DNA of 64,000 nucleotides from Thermoanaerobaculia bacterium (GTDB lineage Bacteria; Acidobacteriota; Thermoanaerobaculia; Multivoradales; UBA5704): the NCBI GenBank assembly GCA_036503335.1, contig DASXXC010000164.1:7758-71757 (forward strand), given 5' to 3'. Of the stretch, positions 9,881 to 18,705 are shown piece by piece (the stretch's first letter is position 1; the number at the start of each line of letters is the position of its first letter). The notes beneath the pieces are model-generated. The model was given only the letters and a program-made list of their open reading frames with translations. It made no database searches and was not told the origin of the DNA. Position numbers and translations under genes: made by a program.

Positions 9881-9941
9881 CTTACGATGATTTACGAGAG
9901 GCTGTCGTAACGAGATCTCGTAGATTTACGAGACCTCGTAA
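9881..9941. promoter_or_regulatory. Cluster of TTACGAG / CTCGTAA half-sites (candidate operator) in the AT-rich gap upstream of the efflux operon
   Basis: Perfect 12-bp palindrome ACGAGATCTCGT at 9910-9921. Second palindrome TTACGAG-AC-CTCGTAA at 9926-9941. Two further TTACGA(G) copies at 9882 and 9892. This is the only AT-rich stretch in the neighbourhood. Confidence 0.4.
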
Positions 9942-9948
9942 TGAATAT

Positions 9949-11736
9949 TTAGCGAGGAGGGACTCTCATCTTCATGCAGTTGCTGACCTGGAAAGGGCAG
10001 GTGCGGACACGGTAGCCGTAGATGGCGCCGGGGGTCACGGCGGTGTCCGTGAACGAGCCCCGGTTGGTCGAGGCGATGCCGGTGAAGGTGCCGCCGCAGC
10101 CGCCTTCCGCCCGCTCCACCACGTAGTCGGTCACCCTCGGCACGACGGGCCACCGGAGCTGCACCTGCTTTTTGCCCACCGTGGCGCGGAGCTTGGCGCC
10201 CTTGGCCGGGCAGGCGTAGAGCGGCTCGGCGGTGTGGGCGAGGAGCGCGATGGCCGCCTTGTCGGTCCGCCACGCATAGTCCTGGTCGAACATCAGCGTC
10301 GCGCTGCCGGGGGGGTAGGTCTGGGTGACGGTGTCGCGGCAATTCGGGGTCTGGCTCTTGTCGAAGCACGGGCAGAAGTCGAAGTCGGTGAGGTCCTCGT
10401 TGAGGTCGATCGCGGTCACCCCGACCTTCCAGAACGGGCATTGGTCCGAGCCGCACATCATGCTCGTATTGCGCAGGATCTTGGCGGGATCGATGATCTC
10501 GCCGTAGTCGGAATTGGCCTGGATGAAGTCGTCGCCGAAGGCCACGCAGGAGGGGCATTTCGTGATGCTCCAGTTGTACAGGTTCATCAAGCCGTCCTTG
10601 TTGCCGTCGTAGCCGGTCAGGTCCATGTTGAGAACGCGCCAGACCGGGGCGGCCGGGTGCATGCGGGTGTAGGCCGTGGAGCCGCACAGCCCGACCTCCT
10701 CGCCGCTGACGAAGAGAAACTTCACCGGATACCGCCAGGCGTAGCCCTTGAAGAGCCGCATCGCCTCGAGGAGCGCCGCCCCTCCCGACATCGCGTCGTC
10801 CGCGCCGGGCGCGTCGTTGGCGTCCGTGGCGGGGCTTTCCGAGATGCTGTCGTAGTGGACGATGAAGAGGACCTGTTGGGTTTGTGCGTAGTCGACCTGG
10901 GCCGGCAGGGTGAAAATGAGGTTCTGCCAGGTCTGCGAGCCCTGCCGGGCGGTGCAGCCCGACTCCGCCGAGGTGTAGCTCTCGCGGACCACGTTCGGTC
11001 CGGTGAAGCCCCAGCCCGCGCCCTTGTCCTCCAGGTACTCGGTGGCGAACGGATTGCCCGGCGGGTTGCCGGTATTGTTGGGCGGAAACATGTAGTCGGA
11101 GGCGCGGGTGCGGATGCGGCAGCCGTCACAGTAGCCGGGGATGGTCACGTCGCTGTCGCCGGACAGGTCGCGAACGTACTGGAACCAGCTCTCCTGGCTG
11201 GTGGCGTCGACGATCTGCTGCACCAGCGGGTTGGGGGGCGAGGACGCCTTGGGCCGGGTCTCATCAGCCGGATGGACGCGGACCGGGGGGACCGCCACGC
11301 GAGGCACGCCGTGGAACATCGCGAGCGGCTTGTGCTGAGGCAGGCTCATCTCCAGCCCGGCGGGGATGAGATAGAGCATCGACCCATCGTCGATCCGGAA
11401 GCGGGGCGCGCCGGCCAGGACGGGGGGAGCAAAAGAACGATCGTGGCTGAGGACGTAGATGCCCTCGCCGTGGTCCCGGGCGCTGAAGAGCGGCTCGATC
11501 CCTTGAGCGCGCAGCACGTCGAGTTGGGCCTCGGAAGGTCCGGCGACGACCACCTCTCCCTCGCGGTCCCAGACGGGGACGGAGGCCTCCCGGAGGAGCG
11601 GCTCCGAGCCGTCCGAAAACAGCGCGATCCAGCGGTCTTGAGGGGATTGCGCCGAGAGTGGGAGGGCCGCCCAGAGCCCCAGGAGACAGATCAGAGAAAC
11701 GATTCCAACGGCTCGATCTCGCATGACAAATCTCAA
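9949..11736 (-). CDS. M28-family zinc peptidase paralogue A: signal peptide, pro-region, M28 core and a C-terminal Fn3-like domain
   Basis: TTG start at 11736 lies 6 nt after AAGGAGA; ATG 11724 is an alternative. M28 motifs present: HYDS, GADDAMSGG, SGEEVGLCGS and LNMD. About 75-80% identical by eye to the two upstream genes. Confidence 0.85.
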   Translation of the reverse strand: MRFVMRDRAVGIVSLICLLGLWAALPLSAQSPQDRWIALFSDGSEPLLREASVPVWDREGEVVVAGPSEAQLDVLRAQGIEPLFSARDHGEGIYVLSHDRSFAPPVLAGAPRFRIDDGSMLYLIPAGLEMSLPQHKPLAMFHGVPRVAVPPVRVHPADETRPKASSPPNPLVQQIVDATSQESWFQYVRDLSGDSDVTIPGYCDGCRIRTRASDYMFPPNNTGNPPGNPFATEYLEDKGAGWGFTGPNVVRESYTSAESGCTARQGSQTWQNLIFTLPAQVDYAQTQQVLFIVHYDSISESPATDANDAPGADDAMSGGAALLEAMRLFKGYAWRYPVKFLFVSGEEVGLCGSTAYTRMHPAAPVWRVLNMDLTGYDGNKDGLMNLYNWSITKCPSCVAFGDDFIQANSDYGEIIDPAKILRNTSMMCGSDQCPFWKVGVTAIDLNEDLTDFDFCPCFDKSQTPNCRDTVTQTYPPGSATLMFDQDYAWRTDKAAIALLAHTAEPLYACPAKGAKLRATVGKKQVQLRWPVVPRVTDYVVERAEGGCGGTFTGIASTNRGSFTDTAVTPGAIYGYRVRTCPFQVSNCMKMRVPPR

Positions 11737-11752
11737 GATGCGTCTCCTTGTC

Positions 11753-13531
11753 CTACCGGGGAGGGATCGTCTTCTCCACGCAGTTACTGACCTGGAAGGG
11801 GCAGGTGCGGACGCGGTATCCGTAGGTCGAGCCGGGCGTTACGCCGGAGTCGAGATAGACGCCCCGGGTGGTCGAGGCGATGCCGGCGAAGGTGCCGTCG
11901 CAGCCACCCTCCGCCCGCTCCACCACATAGGAGGTCACCTTCGGCACGGCGGGCCAGTTGAGCTGGACCCGCTGCCTGGCCGTGGCGGCGCGGAGCTTCG
12001 CGCCGGCGGCCGGGCAGGCGTAGAGCGGCTCGGCGGTCTGGGCGATGAGCGCGATGGCGGCTTTCTCGGTCGGCCACGAATAGTCCTGATCGAAGAGCAA
12101 CGTCTTGCCGTCGAACGGATCGGTCTGGGTGACGGTGTCACGGCAATTCGAGCGCTGCGTGTGGTCGAAGCATGGATAGACGTCGCTGTTGGTGATGTCC
12201 TCGTTGAGATCGATCGCGGCCACTCCGATTTTCCAGAACGGGCAGTGGTCCGTAGCGCACATGAAGCCGGTATTGCGCACGATCCTGGCGGGATCGATGA
12301 TGTTGCCGTACTCGGAATTGGCCTGGACGAAGGCATCTCCGAAGGCCACGCATTCGGGGCAGGGCCGGGAGCTCCAATTGTACAGGTTCATCAGGCCGTC
12401 CTTGTTGCCGTCGTAGGCAGTCTGATCCATGTTGAGCACGCGCCACATCGACTCGGCCGGGTGCGTGCGGGTGTAGGCCGTGGAGCCGCACAGCCCGACC
12501 TCCTCGCCGCTGACGAACAGGAATTTCACCGGATACCGCCAAGCGTAATCCTTGAAGAGCCGCATCGCCTCGAGGAGTGCCGCGCCGCCCGACATCGCGT
12601 CGTCCGCGCCCGGCGCGTTGTTGGCGTCCGTGGCGGGGCTCTCCGAGATGGAATCGTAGTGGACAACGAAAATGATCTGCTGGTTTTGCGCGTAGTCGAC
12701 CTGGGCCGGCAGCGTGAAGGCGAGGTTCTGCCAGGTCTGCGAGCCCTGCCGGGTGGCACAGCCCGACTCCGCCGAGGTGTAGCTCTCGCGCACCGCGTTC
12801 GGCCCGGTGAAACCCCAGCCCGCGCCCTTGTCCTCCAGGTACTCGGTGGCGAACGGATTGCCCGGCGGGTTGCCGGAGCTCCTGGGCGGGAACATGTAGT
12901 CGGAGGCGCGGGTGCGGATGCGGCAGCCGTCGCAGTAGCCGGGGATGGTCACGTCGCTGTCGCCAGACAGGTCGCGGACGAATTGGAACCAACTTTCCTG
13001 GCTGGTGGCGTCGACGATCTGCCGCACCAGCTTGTGGGGATCCGACGGTGGCCGCGGCGCGGCCTTGTCGGCGGGATGGATGCGGACCGGGGGGAGCGCG
13101 ATGCGCGGCACGCCGTGAAACAGGGCGTGCAGCTTGAGCCGCGGCAGGTCCATCTCGACCCCCGCGGGGATGAGGTACAACATCGTCTGATCGTCGATCC
13201 GGAACCGGGGAGCGCCGGCGAGGACGGGCGGATCGAAGTGGCCGTCATGGCTGAGGACCTGGATGCTCTCGCCGTGATCGCGGGCGTTGAAGAGCGGCTC
13301 GATCCCCTGGGCCCGCAGCACATCGAGCTGGGACTCGGAAGGCCCGGCGACGACCACGCTCTCCTCGCGGTCCCAGACCGGAACGGAAGAGCTTTGGAGG
13401 ACCGGCTCCGCGTCGCCCGGAAAGAGCGCGATCCAGCGGTCCCGAGGGGATTGCGCCGAGAGTGGGAGGGCCGCCGAGAGCCCCAGGAGACAGAGCAGAG
13501 AAACGGCTCGATTTCGCAGGATGAGGCTCAA
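11753..13531 (-). CDS. M28-family zinc peptidase paralogue B
   Basis: Same architecture and motifs as paralogue A. No ATG is available, so TTG at 13531 (MSLILRNRAVSLLCLLG signal peptide) is chosen by alignment with the paralogues. The long 5' part of ORF 11753-13954 is the out-of-frame 3' end of paralogue C. Confidence 0.8.
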   Translation of the reverse strand: MSLILRNRAVSLLCLLGLSAALPLSAQSPRDRWIALFPGDAEPVLQSSSVPVWDREESVVVAGPSESQLDVLRAQGIEPLFNARDHGESIQVLSHDGHFDPPVLAGAPRFRIDDQTMLYLIPAGVEMDLPRLKLHALFHGVPRIALPPVRIHPADKAAPRPPSDPHKLVRQIVDATSQESWFQFVRDLSGDSDVTIPGYCDGCRIRTRASDYMFPPRSSGNPPGNPFATEYLEDKGAGWGFTGPNAVRESYTSAESGCATRQGSQTWQNLAFTLPAQVDYAQNQQIIFVVHYDSISESPATDANNAPGADDAMSGGAALLEAMRLFKDYAWRYPVKFLFVSGEEVGLCGSTAYTRTHPAESMWRVLNMDQTAYDGNKDGLMNLYNWSSRPCPECVAFGDAFVQANSEYGNIIDPARIVRNTGFMCATDHCPFWKIGVAAIDLNEDITNSDVYPCFDHTQRSNCRDTVTQTDPFDGKTLLFDQDYSWPTEKAAIALIAQTAEPLYACPAAGAKLRAATARQRVQLNWPAVPKVTSYVVERAEGGCDGTFAGIASTTRGVYLDSGVTPGSTYGYRVRTCPFQVSNCVEKTIPPR

Positions 13532-13539
13532 GATTCGTC

Positions 13540-15333
13540 TCAAGGGATCTTTTTCTCCACGCAGTTGCTGACCTGGAAGGGGCAGGTGCGAACGCGGTAG
13601 CCGTAGGTCGAGCCGGGCGTTACGCCGGAGTCGAGATAGGCGCCCCGGGTGGTCGAGGCGATGCCGGTGAAAGTGCCGTCGCAGCCGCCCTCCGCCCGCT
13701 CCACCACGTAGTGGGTCACCTTCGGCACGGCGGGCCAGCTGAGCTGGACCCGCTGCCTGGCCGTGGCGGCGCGGAGCTTCGCGCCGGCGGCCGGACAGGC
13801 GTAGAGCGGCTCGGCGGTCTGGGCGATGAGCGCGATGGCGGCCTTCTCGGTCGGCCAGGAGTAGTCCTGATCGAACATCAGCGTCGTGCCGTCGAACGGA
13901 TTGATCTGGGTGACGGTATCGCGGCAGCCCGAGCGCTGGCGCTGGTCGAAGCACGGGCAGATGTCATCGTTGGTGAGGTCCTCGTTGAGATCGATCGCGG
14001 TCACCCCGACGTTCCAGAACGGGCAGTGATCCGTGGCGCACATCCGGGCCGTGTTGCGCACGATCTTGGCGGGATCGATGATCTTGCCGTAGGCGGCGTT
14101 GGCCTGGACGAAGGCATCGCCGAAGGCCACGCACGAGGGACAACTCGTGGGGCTCCAGTTGTACAGGTTCATCAGACCGTCCTTGTTGCCGTCGTAGGCG
14201 GTCTGATCCATGTTGAGCACGCGCCACATCGACTCGGCCGGGTGCATGCGGGTGTAGGCCGTGGACCCGCACAGCCCGAGCTCCTCGCCGCTCACGAAGA
14301 GGAATTTCACCGGATAGCGCCAGGCGTAGCCCTTGAAGATCCGCATCGCCTCGAGGAGGGCGCCGCCGCCTGAGATCGCGTCGTCCGCGCCCGGCGAGTT
14401 GTTGGCGTCGCGGGCGGAGCTCTCCGAGATGGAGTCGTAGTGGACAATGAAGATGACCTGCTGATTCTGGGCGTAGTCGACCTGGGCGGGCAGCGTGAAG
14501 ACGAGGTTCTGCCAGGTCTGTGTGCTCTGCCCGAAGGTGCAGCCCGACTCCGCCGAGGTGTAGCTCTCACGTACCGCGTTCGGCCCGGTGAAGCCCCAGC
14601 CCGCGGCCTTGTCCTCCAGATATTCGCTGGCGAACGGATTGCCGAGCGGGTCGCCGGTGTTTTTCGGCGGGAACATGTAGTTGGAGGCCCGGGTGCGGAT
14701 GCGGCAGCCGTCGCAGTATCCGGGGATGGTCACGTCGCTGTCGCCGGAGAGGTCGCGGACGTATTGGAACCAATTCTCCTGGCTGGTGGCCTGGACGATC
14801 TTCTTCACCAACGGATTGGAGGCCGAAGCCGCCTTGGGCCCGGCCTGGTCGGCGGGGTGGACGCGGACGGGTGAGAGCGCGACGCGCGGCACGCCGTGAA
14901 ACAGGGCGTGCAGCTTGAGCCGCGGCAGGCTCATCTCCACCCCCGAGGGGAGGAGATACAGCATCGTCTGATCGTCGATCCGGAACCGGGGGGCGCCGGC
15001 GAGGGCGGGCGGATCGAAGAGGTCGTCATGGCTGAGGACCTGGATGCTCTCGCCGTGATCGCGGGCGCTGAAGAGCGGCTCGACCCCCTGGGCCCGCAGC
15101 AGGTCGAGCTGCTCCCCGGAAGGCCCGGCGACGACCACGCCCTCCTCGCGGTCCCAGACCGGGACGGAGGCGTCTCGAAGGAGCGGCTCCGCTTCGTTCG
15201 GAAAGACCGCGATCCACGAATCGCGCCCGGCGTCCGGCGCCGTGGATCCGGCGGCGGGAGCGGCCTGCGAGAGCCCCGCGAGGTAGATCAGAGAAACGAC
15301 TCCGGCCACAACGTTTCGCGTGATGAAGCGCAA
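13540..15333 (-). CDS. M28-family zinc peptidase paralogue C (first gene of the triplet)
   Basis: TTG start at 15333 lies 6 nt after AAAGGAGG; GTG 15369 is an alternative. Same motifs as the other two. The C-terminal ~87 aa are almost identical to paralogue B. Confidence 0.85.
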   Translation of the reverse strand: MRFITRNVVAGVVSLIYLAGLSQAAPAAGSTAPDAGRDSWIAVFPNEAEPLLRDASVPVWDREEGVVVAGPSGEQLDLLRAQGVEPLFSARDHGESIQVLSHDDLFDPPALAGAPRFRIDDQTMLYLLPSGVEMSLPRLKLHALFHGVPRVALSPVRVHPADQAGPKAASASNPLVKKIVQATSQENWFQYVRDLSGDSDVTIPGYCDGCRIRTRASNYMFPPKNTGDPLGNPFASEYLEDKAAGWGFTGPNAVRESYTSAESGCTFGQSTQTWQNLVFTLPAQVDYAQNQQVIFIVHYDSISESSARDANNSPGADDAISGGGALLEAMRIFKGYAWRYPVKFLFVSGEELGLCGSTAYTRMHPAESMWRVLNMDQTAYDGNKDGLMNLYNWSPTSCPSCVAFGDAFVQANAAYGKIIDPAKIVRNTARMCATDHCPFWNVGVTAIDLNEDLTNDDICPCFDQRQRSGCRDTVTQINPFDGTTLMFDQDYSWPTEKAAIALIAQTAEPLYACPAAGAKLRAATARQRVQLSWPAVPKVTHYVVERAEGGCDGTFTGIASTTRGAYLDSGVTPGSTYGYRVRTCPFQVSNCVEKKIP

Positions 15334-15379
15334 TCGCCGCCTCCTTTTGCCCGCTGGAAAATGAAGCACCCCCTATATC

Positions 15380-15395
15380 CGCAAACCCTGTACCA
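15380..15395 (-). promoter_or_regulatory. Sigma54 (-24/-12) promoter candidate for the M28 triplet
   Basis: The minus strand reads TGGTAC-AGGGT-TTGCG. The GG and GC have exactly the spacing of the TGGCAC-N5-TTGC consensus. It lies about 47 nt upstream of TTG 15333, and a sigma54 activator gene is immediately upstream. Confidence 0.6.
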
Positions 15396-15538
15396 GGAGG
15401 AGCCGGGGAGGCGACGTAAGCCTACGTGGGCCGTGAAACCGTTGACGCTCGCGGATTCGGACGGGCCGTGAGCCTCTTATGCGCGAATCTGTATGTTGCG
15501 GGTTTGTCACCCTGGGAGGACTCGACCGTCCACGATTC

Positions 15539-17137
15539 TCAAGGTACGGACCGGAACCGGTACTTGTCGATGCCCAGCCGTTTGATGCGGGACTCCAGGG
15601 TGGTGGAGGGGATTCCCAGCAGCACGGCGGCTCCCTTGGCGCCGGAGACCCGGCCGGCGGTCTGGGCCAGGGCATCCTCGATCTGGCGCCTTTCGGCGTC
15701 GCGCAGGCTGTCGGGGAGGGGAGCCGAGGGGATGGAGACTGGAACGCCCACGCTCCCCAGCAGCGGCTCGTCCACCCGCAGGACGTCCCCCTCCGAGAGG
15801 ATGGCGGCGCGCTCGATGACGTTCTGGAGCTCTCGCACGTTGCCCGGCCAGGAGTAGGAAAGGATGCGGTCCATCGAGCTCTTCTCGATGCTCTGGAAGC
15901 GCTTGCCGAAGCGGGCGGCGTAGCGGGCGGCGAAGTACTCGACCAGGATCGGGATGTCCTCCCGCCGCTGCCGCAGGGGCGGCATGGCGATGGGAAAGAC
16001 GTTCAGCCGGTAGAAGAGGTCGCTGCGGAAGGTCCCCTCGGCCGCCGCCTCCGCCAGGTCGCGGTTGGTGGCGGCGATCACCCGGGCGTCGGTGACGATC
16101 GGCTGGCTGCCGCCCACCCGCTCGAAAGTCCCTTCCTGGAGCACCCGCAGCAGCGAGGCCTGGACCTCGGGCGGCAGCTCGCCCACCTCGTCCAGGAAGA
16201 TCGACCCTCCCGCCGCCAGCTCGAAGCGGCCGACCCGGCGCTGCAGGGCGCCGGTGAAAGCCCCCTTCTCGTGGCCGAACAGCTCGGAGGCGATCAGCGA
16301 GGCGGGAAGGGCGGCGCAGTTCACCGCCACCAGCGCCCGGTGCGACCGCTTCGACCGCCGGTGGATGGCCCGCGCCACCAACTCCTTGCCGGTGCCGGTC
16401 TCGCCGGTGATCAGCACCGTGGTATCGGTCCCCGCCACCTTATCCACCCGGGCGAGGGTCTCGCGCAGGGCCGGCGAGGAGCCGATGATCTCCTCGAACA
16501 TCGAGCGCTCGTCGATCTCCTGGCGCAGGGCCAGGTTCTCGGCCTGGAGCTGCCGGTTGAGCCGCGCGATCTCCTCGAAGGCCTGGGCGTTGGCCACCGC
16601 CGCGGCGACCGGCAGGGCGAGCGCCTCGAAGACGTCGACCTCCTGGGACGGAAAAGGGCCGGGCTCGCCGCGGGAGAAGGCGAGCGAGCCGATCAGCCGG
16701 TCGCGCACCCTGAGCGGCACGCGGACGTAGGAGCGGATACCGGCCGCCAGCAGGCGCGCGTCCTCGGGGAAGCGGGTCCCCTGCGCCAGGTCCTCGCAGA
16801 TCCAGGCCCGGCCGGTGCGGCCGACGTATTCGGTCCCCGTGCCGGCCAGGGGGAGGCTGCCGTGCGGCTTCGGAGGCATCTCCGCGCCGGAGAGGCTCAT
16901 CCAGCGGGCGATGATGTCGGCGAAGGAGTCCCCCTGGCGCCGCTCGACGCCACGGATGTAGACGGCGTGGGGGACCAGGGTGTCGTCCTCGATGGTCGTC
17001 ACCGCCAGGGCCTTGATGTTCATCGCGGCCTCCAGCCCCTCGACCACCGCTTCGAGCACGGCGGCGATCTCGATCTGCGAGCTCGCGGCCTCGGAGACCT
17101 GGAGGAGGAGCCGGTACTTCTCCTCGGCGGTCAGCAT
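15539..17137 (-). CDS. Sigma54-dependent Fis-family transcriptional activator with an N-terminal GAF domain
   Basis: AAA+ motifs GETGTGKELVARAIH and GAFTGA (HEKGAFTGA) are present, followed by ESRIKRLGI in a C-terminal HTH. The N-terminal ~170 aa look GAF-like. Confidence 0.9.
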   Translation of the reverse strand: MLTAEEKYRLLLQVSEAASSQIEIAAVLEAVVEGLEAAMNIKALAVTTIEDDTLVPHAVYIRGVERRQGDSFADIIARWMSLSGAEMPPKPHGSLPLAGTGTEYVGRTGRAWICEDLAQGTRFPEDARLLAAGIRSYVRVPLRVRDRLIGSLAFSRGEPGPFPSQEVDVFEALALPVAAAVANAQAFEEIARLNRQLQAENLALRQEIDERSMFEEIIGSSPALRETLARVDKVAGTDTTVLITGETGTGKELVARAIHRRSKRSHRALVAVNCAALPASLIASELFGHEKGAFTGALQRRVGRFELAAGGSIFLDEVGELPPEVQASLLRVLQEGTFERVGGSQPIVTDARVIAATNRDLAEAAAEGTFRSDLFYRLNVFPIAMPPLRQRREDIPILVEYFAARYAARFGKRFQSIEKSSMDRILSYSWPGNVRELQNVIERAAILSEGDVLRVDEPLLGSVGVPVSIPSAPLPDSLRDAERRQIEDALAQTAGRVSGAKGAAVLLGIPSTTLESRIKRLGIDKYRFRSVP

Positions 17138-17146
17138 CGCTCTCCC

Positions 17147-17908
17147 TTACCGGTCTTTGGACCGGGTCTGGCCCGTCACCTTGGCGAAGCCGTCCTTGAA
17201 TTGCGGCATCCAGTTCTTCGGCACCGAGAAGCCGTGGCCCACCTTGTGGAGCCAGACGAGCTCGCCGTTGCGGACCTCCTTGAGGTACTTCCGCGTGTCC
17301 TCCGGCGTGCAGATCTGGTCGATGTCCCCCTGGAAGGCGAGCCAGGGGTCCTCCAGCAGGTTGGAGACGGAGAAGTCGACCCCCTTGCCGTGCGGGTCGC
17401 GGATCCAGGCGAGGCCGTTCCCCTTACAGATGGGGTGGTTGACGATCAGGTCCGGGCAGAAGCCGAGGCTCAGGCCCCCGCGAAAGGTGTGGGGGGGAGC
17501 CTGCACCATGGCGGCGTAGACGATCGTAGCCCCCGAGGAGTACCCCGCCAGCACGGGCGGCACGTGGGAGGTGTAGCCGTACCGCTTCTCGACCGCCCGG
17601 CCGAGCTCGGCGAAGTCGGTCCCCGGGTCCCAGCACTTGTCGGGGTTGGCGGTCGAGGTCTTCATGTAGTGGCGGATGTCGACCCCGGCGACCAGGGCGT
17701 CCATGCCCATGAGCTCGCGGGCCATGTCGACCACGCCCAGATTCCAGCCGCCATCCCCCGAGATGAAGAGGACGACGTGCGGCGGGCGCGGAGTCTGATG
17801 ATAGACCGTCACCTTGCCGAAGGGCTCGAGCTCGAACGTCTCTTCGGTGGCGGCGGCGGGGAGAGCGAAGGCGAGGAGGAGAAGGCTGGCTGCGAACGTC
17901 TTTTTCAT
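17147..17908 (-). CDS. AcvB/VirJ-family alpha/beta hydrolase (single VirJ-like domain), secreted
   Basis: Start is ATG 17908 (MKKTFAASLLLLAFALPAAA). The FISGDGGW motif is characteristic of VirJ. Confidence 0.8.
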   Translation of the reverse strand: MKKTFAASLLLLAFALPAAATEETFELEPFGKVTVYHQTPRPPHVVLFISGDGGWNLGVVDMARELMGMDALVAGVDIRHYMKTSTANPDKCWDPGTDFAELGRAVEKRYGYTSHVPPVLAGYSSGATIVYAAMVQAPPHTFRGGLSLGFCPDLIVNHPICKGNGLAWIRDPHGKGVDFSVSNLLEDPWLAFQGDIDQICTPEDTRKYLKEVRNGELVWLHKVGHGFSVPKNWMPQFKDGFAKVTGQTRSKDR

Positions 17909-17915
17909 AGGGGGC

Positions 17916-18644
17916 TCATTGTGCACCAACCCCGCCTCCGGACGAAGCCCCGTTTTGGCGATGGAGAATCCAGTCGGCGATCGGGCCGTAGTCCTTGCCC
18001 ACCACGTGCCCGCCGGGCCGCGCCAGCAGATGGGCCACGCCCTCGGGGAGTTGGAGGCAGAAGCTCTTCTTCTCCTTCTGGCCGTACGCGCAGAGGATCT
18101 CCTTGCCGCCCAGCTTTTCGATCTCGGGCATCACCGGCAGGCTGTCCGAGGCGGGCTTGCCGAGCCACTCCGTGGGATGGAAGCGGAAGTCGGCCTGTCC
18201 AGAAGGGCCCATCAGGACGATCAGTGAGACCTTCTCCGCGAGATCGGAGGGGAGCCGGCTGGCCAGGAAGGGGACGACGTCGGCGCCGAAGGAGTAGCCG
18301 ATCAGGACCACCCGCTCCTTGTGCCAGAGGGGGAGATAGACCCGCAGGACCCGTTCGAGGTCCTGGGCCGCGCGCTCGGGAGGTTTCTTGGTGAGGAAGT
18401 AGCGCAGCGAATTCCAACCCACGACGGGGATCCCCCCCTTGGCCAGCGCCTCGGAGAGCCCCTTGTCCGTCACCGCCCAGCCGCCGTCGCCGGTGAGGAG
18501 CACGGCCATCTCATCCCTCTGAACGGCTTGGGCGGCCGCCGGCACCTCGACGAGCGGTACCCCTTTCACCCGGTTGGGAGGCTTGGGGTGGGCGGGCTGT
18601 GCTTGAGCGAGCAGAGCGGTGGCGAGCAGGACGGCTGGCAGCAT
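17916..18644 (-). CDS. AcvB/VirJ-family alpha/beta hydrolase (single VirJ-like domain), secreted
   Basis: Signal peptide MLPAVLLATALLAQA. LLTGDGGW and IGYSFGADV motifs are present. It ends 8 nt before the next VirJ-like gene. Confidence 0.8.
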   Translation of the reverse strand: MLPAVLLATALLAQAQPAHPKPPNRVKGVPLVEVPAAAQAVQRDEMAVLLTGDGGWAVTDKGLSEALAKGGIPVVGWNSLRYFLTKKPPERAAQDLERVLRVYLPLWHKERVVLIGYSFGADVVPFLASRLPSDLAEKVSLIVLMGPSGQADFRFHPTEWLGKPASDSLPVMPEIEKLGGKEILCAYGQKEKKSFCLQLPEGVAHLLARPGGHVVGKDYGPIADWILHRQNGASSGGGVGAQ

Positions 18645-18705
18645 GGGCGCACAGGGTAACCCGAATGCGGCGATTGGCGTAAGATTCCCAGTTATACGCA
18701 GGAAC

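Noticed and set aside
15479-18394. 971-aa ORF on the plus strand
   Set aside because: It is antisense to the sigma54 activator and both VirJ-like genes. It has no motifs and an Arg/Gly-rich composition.
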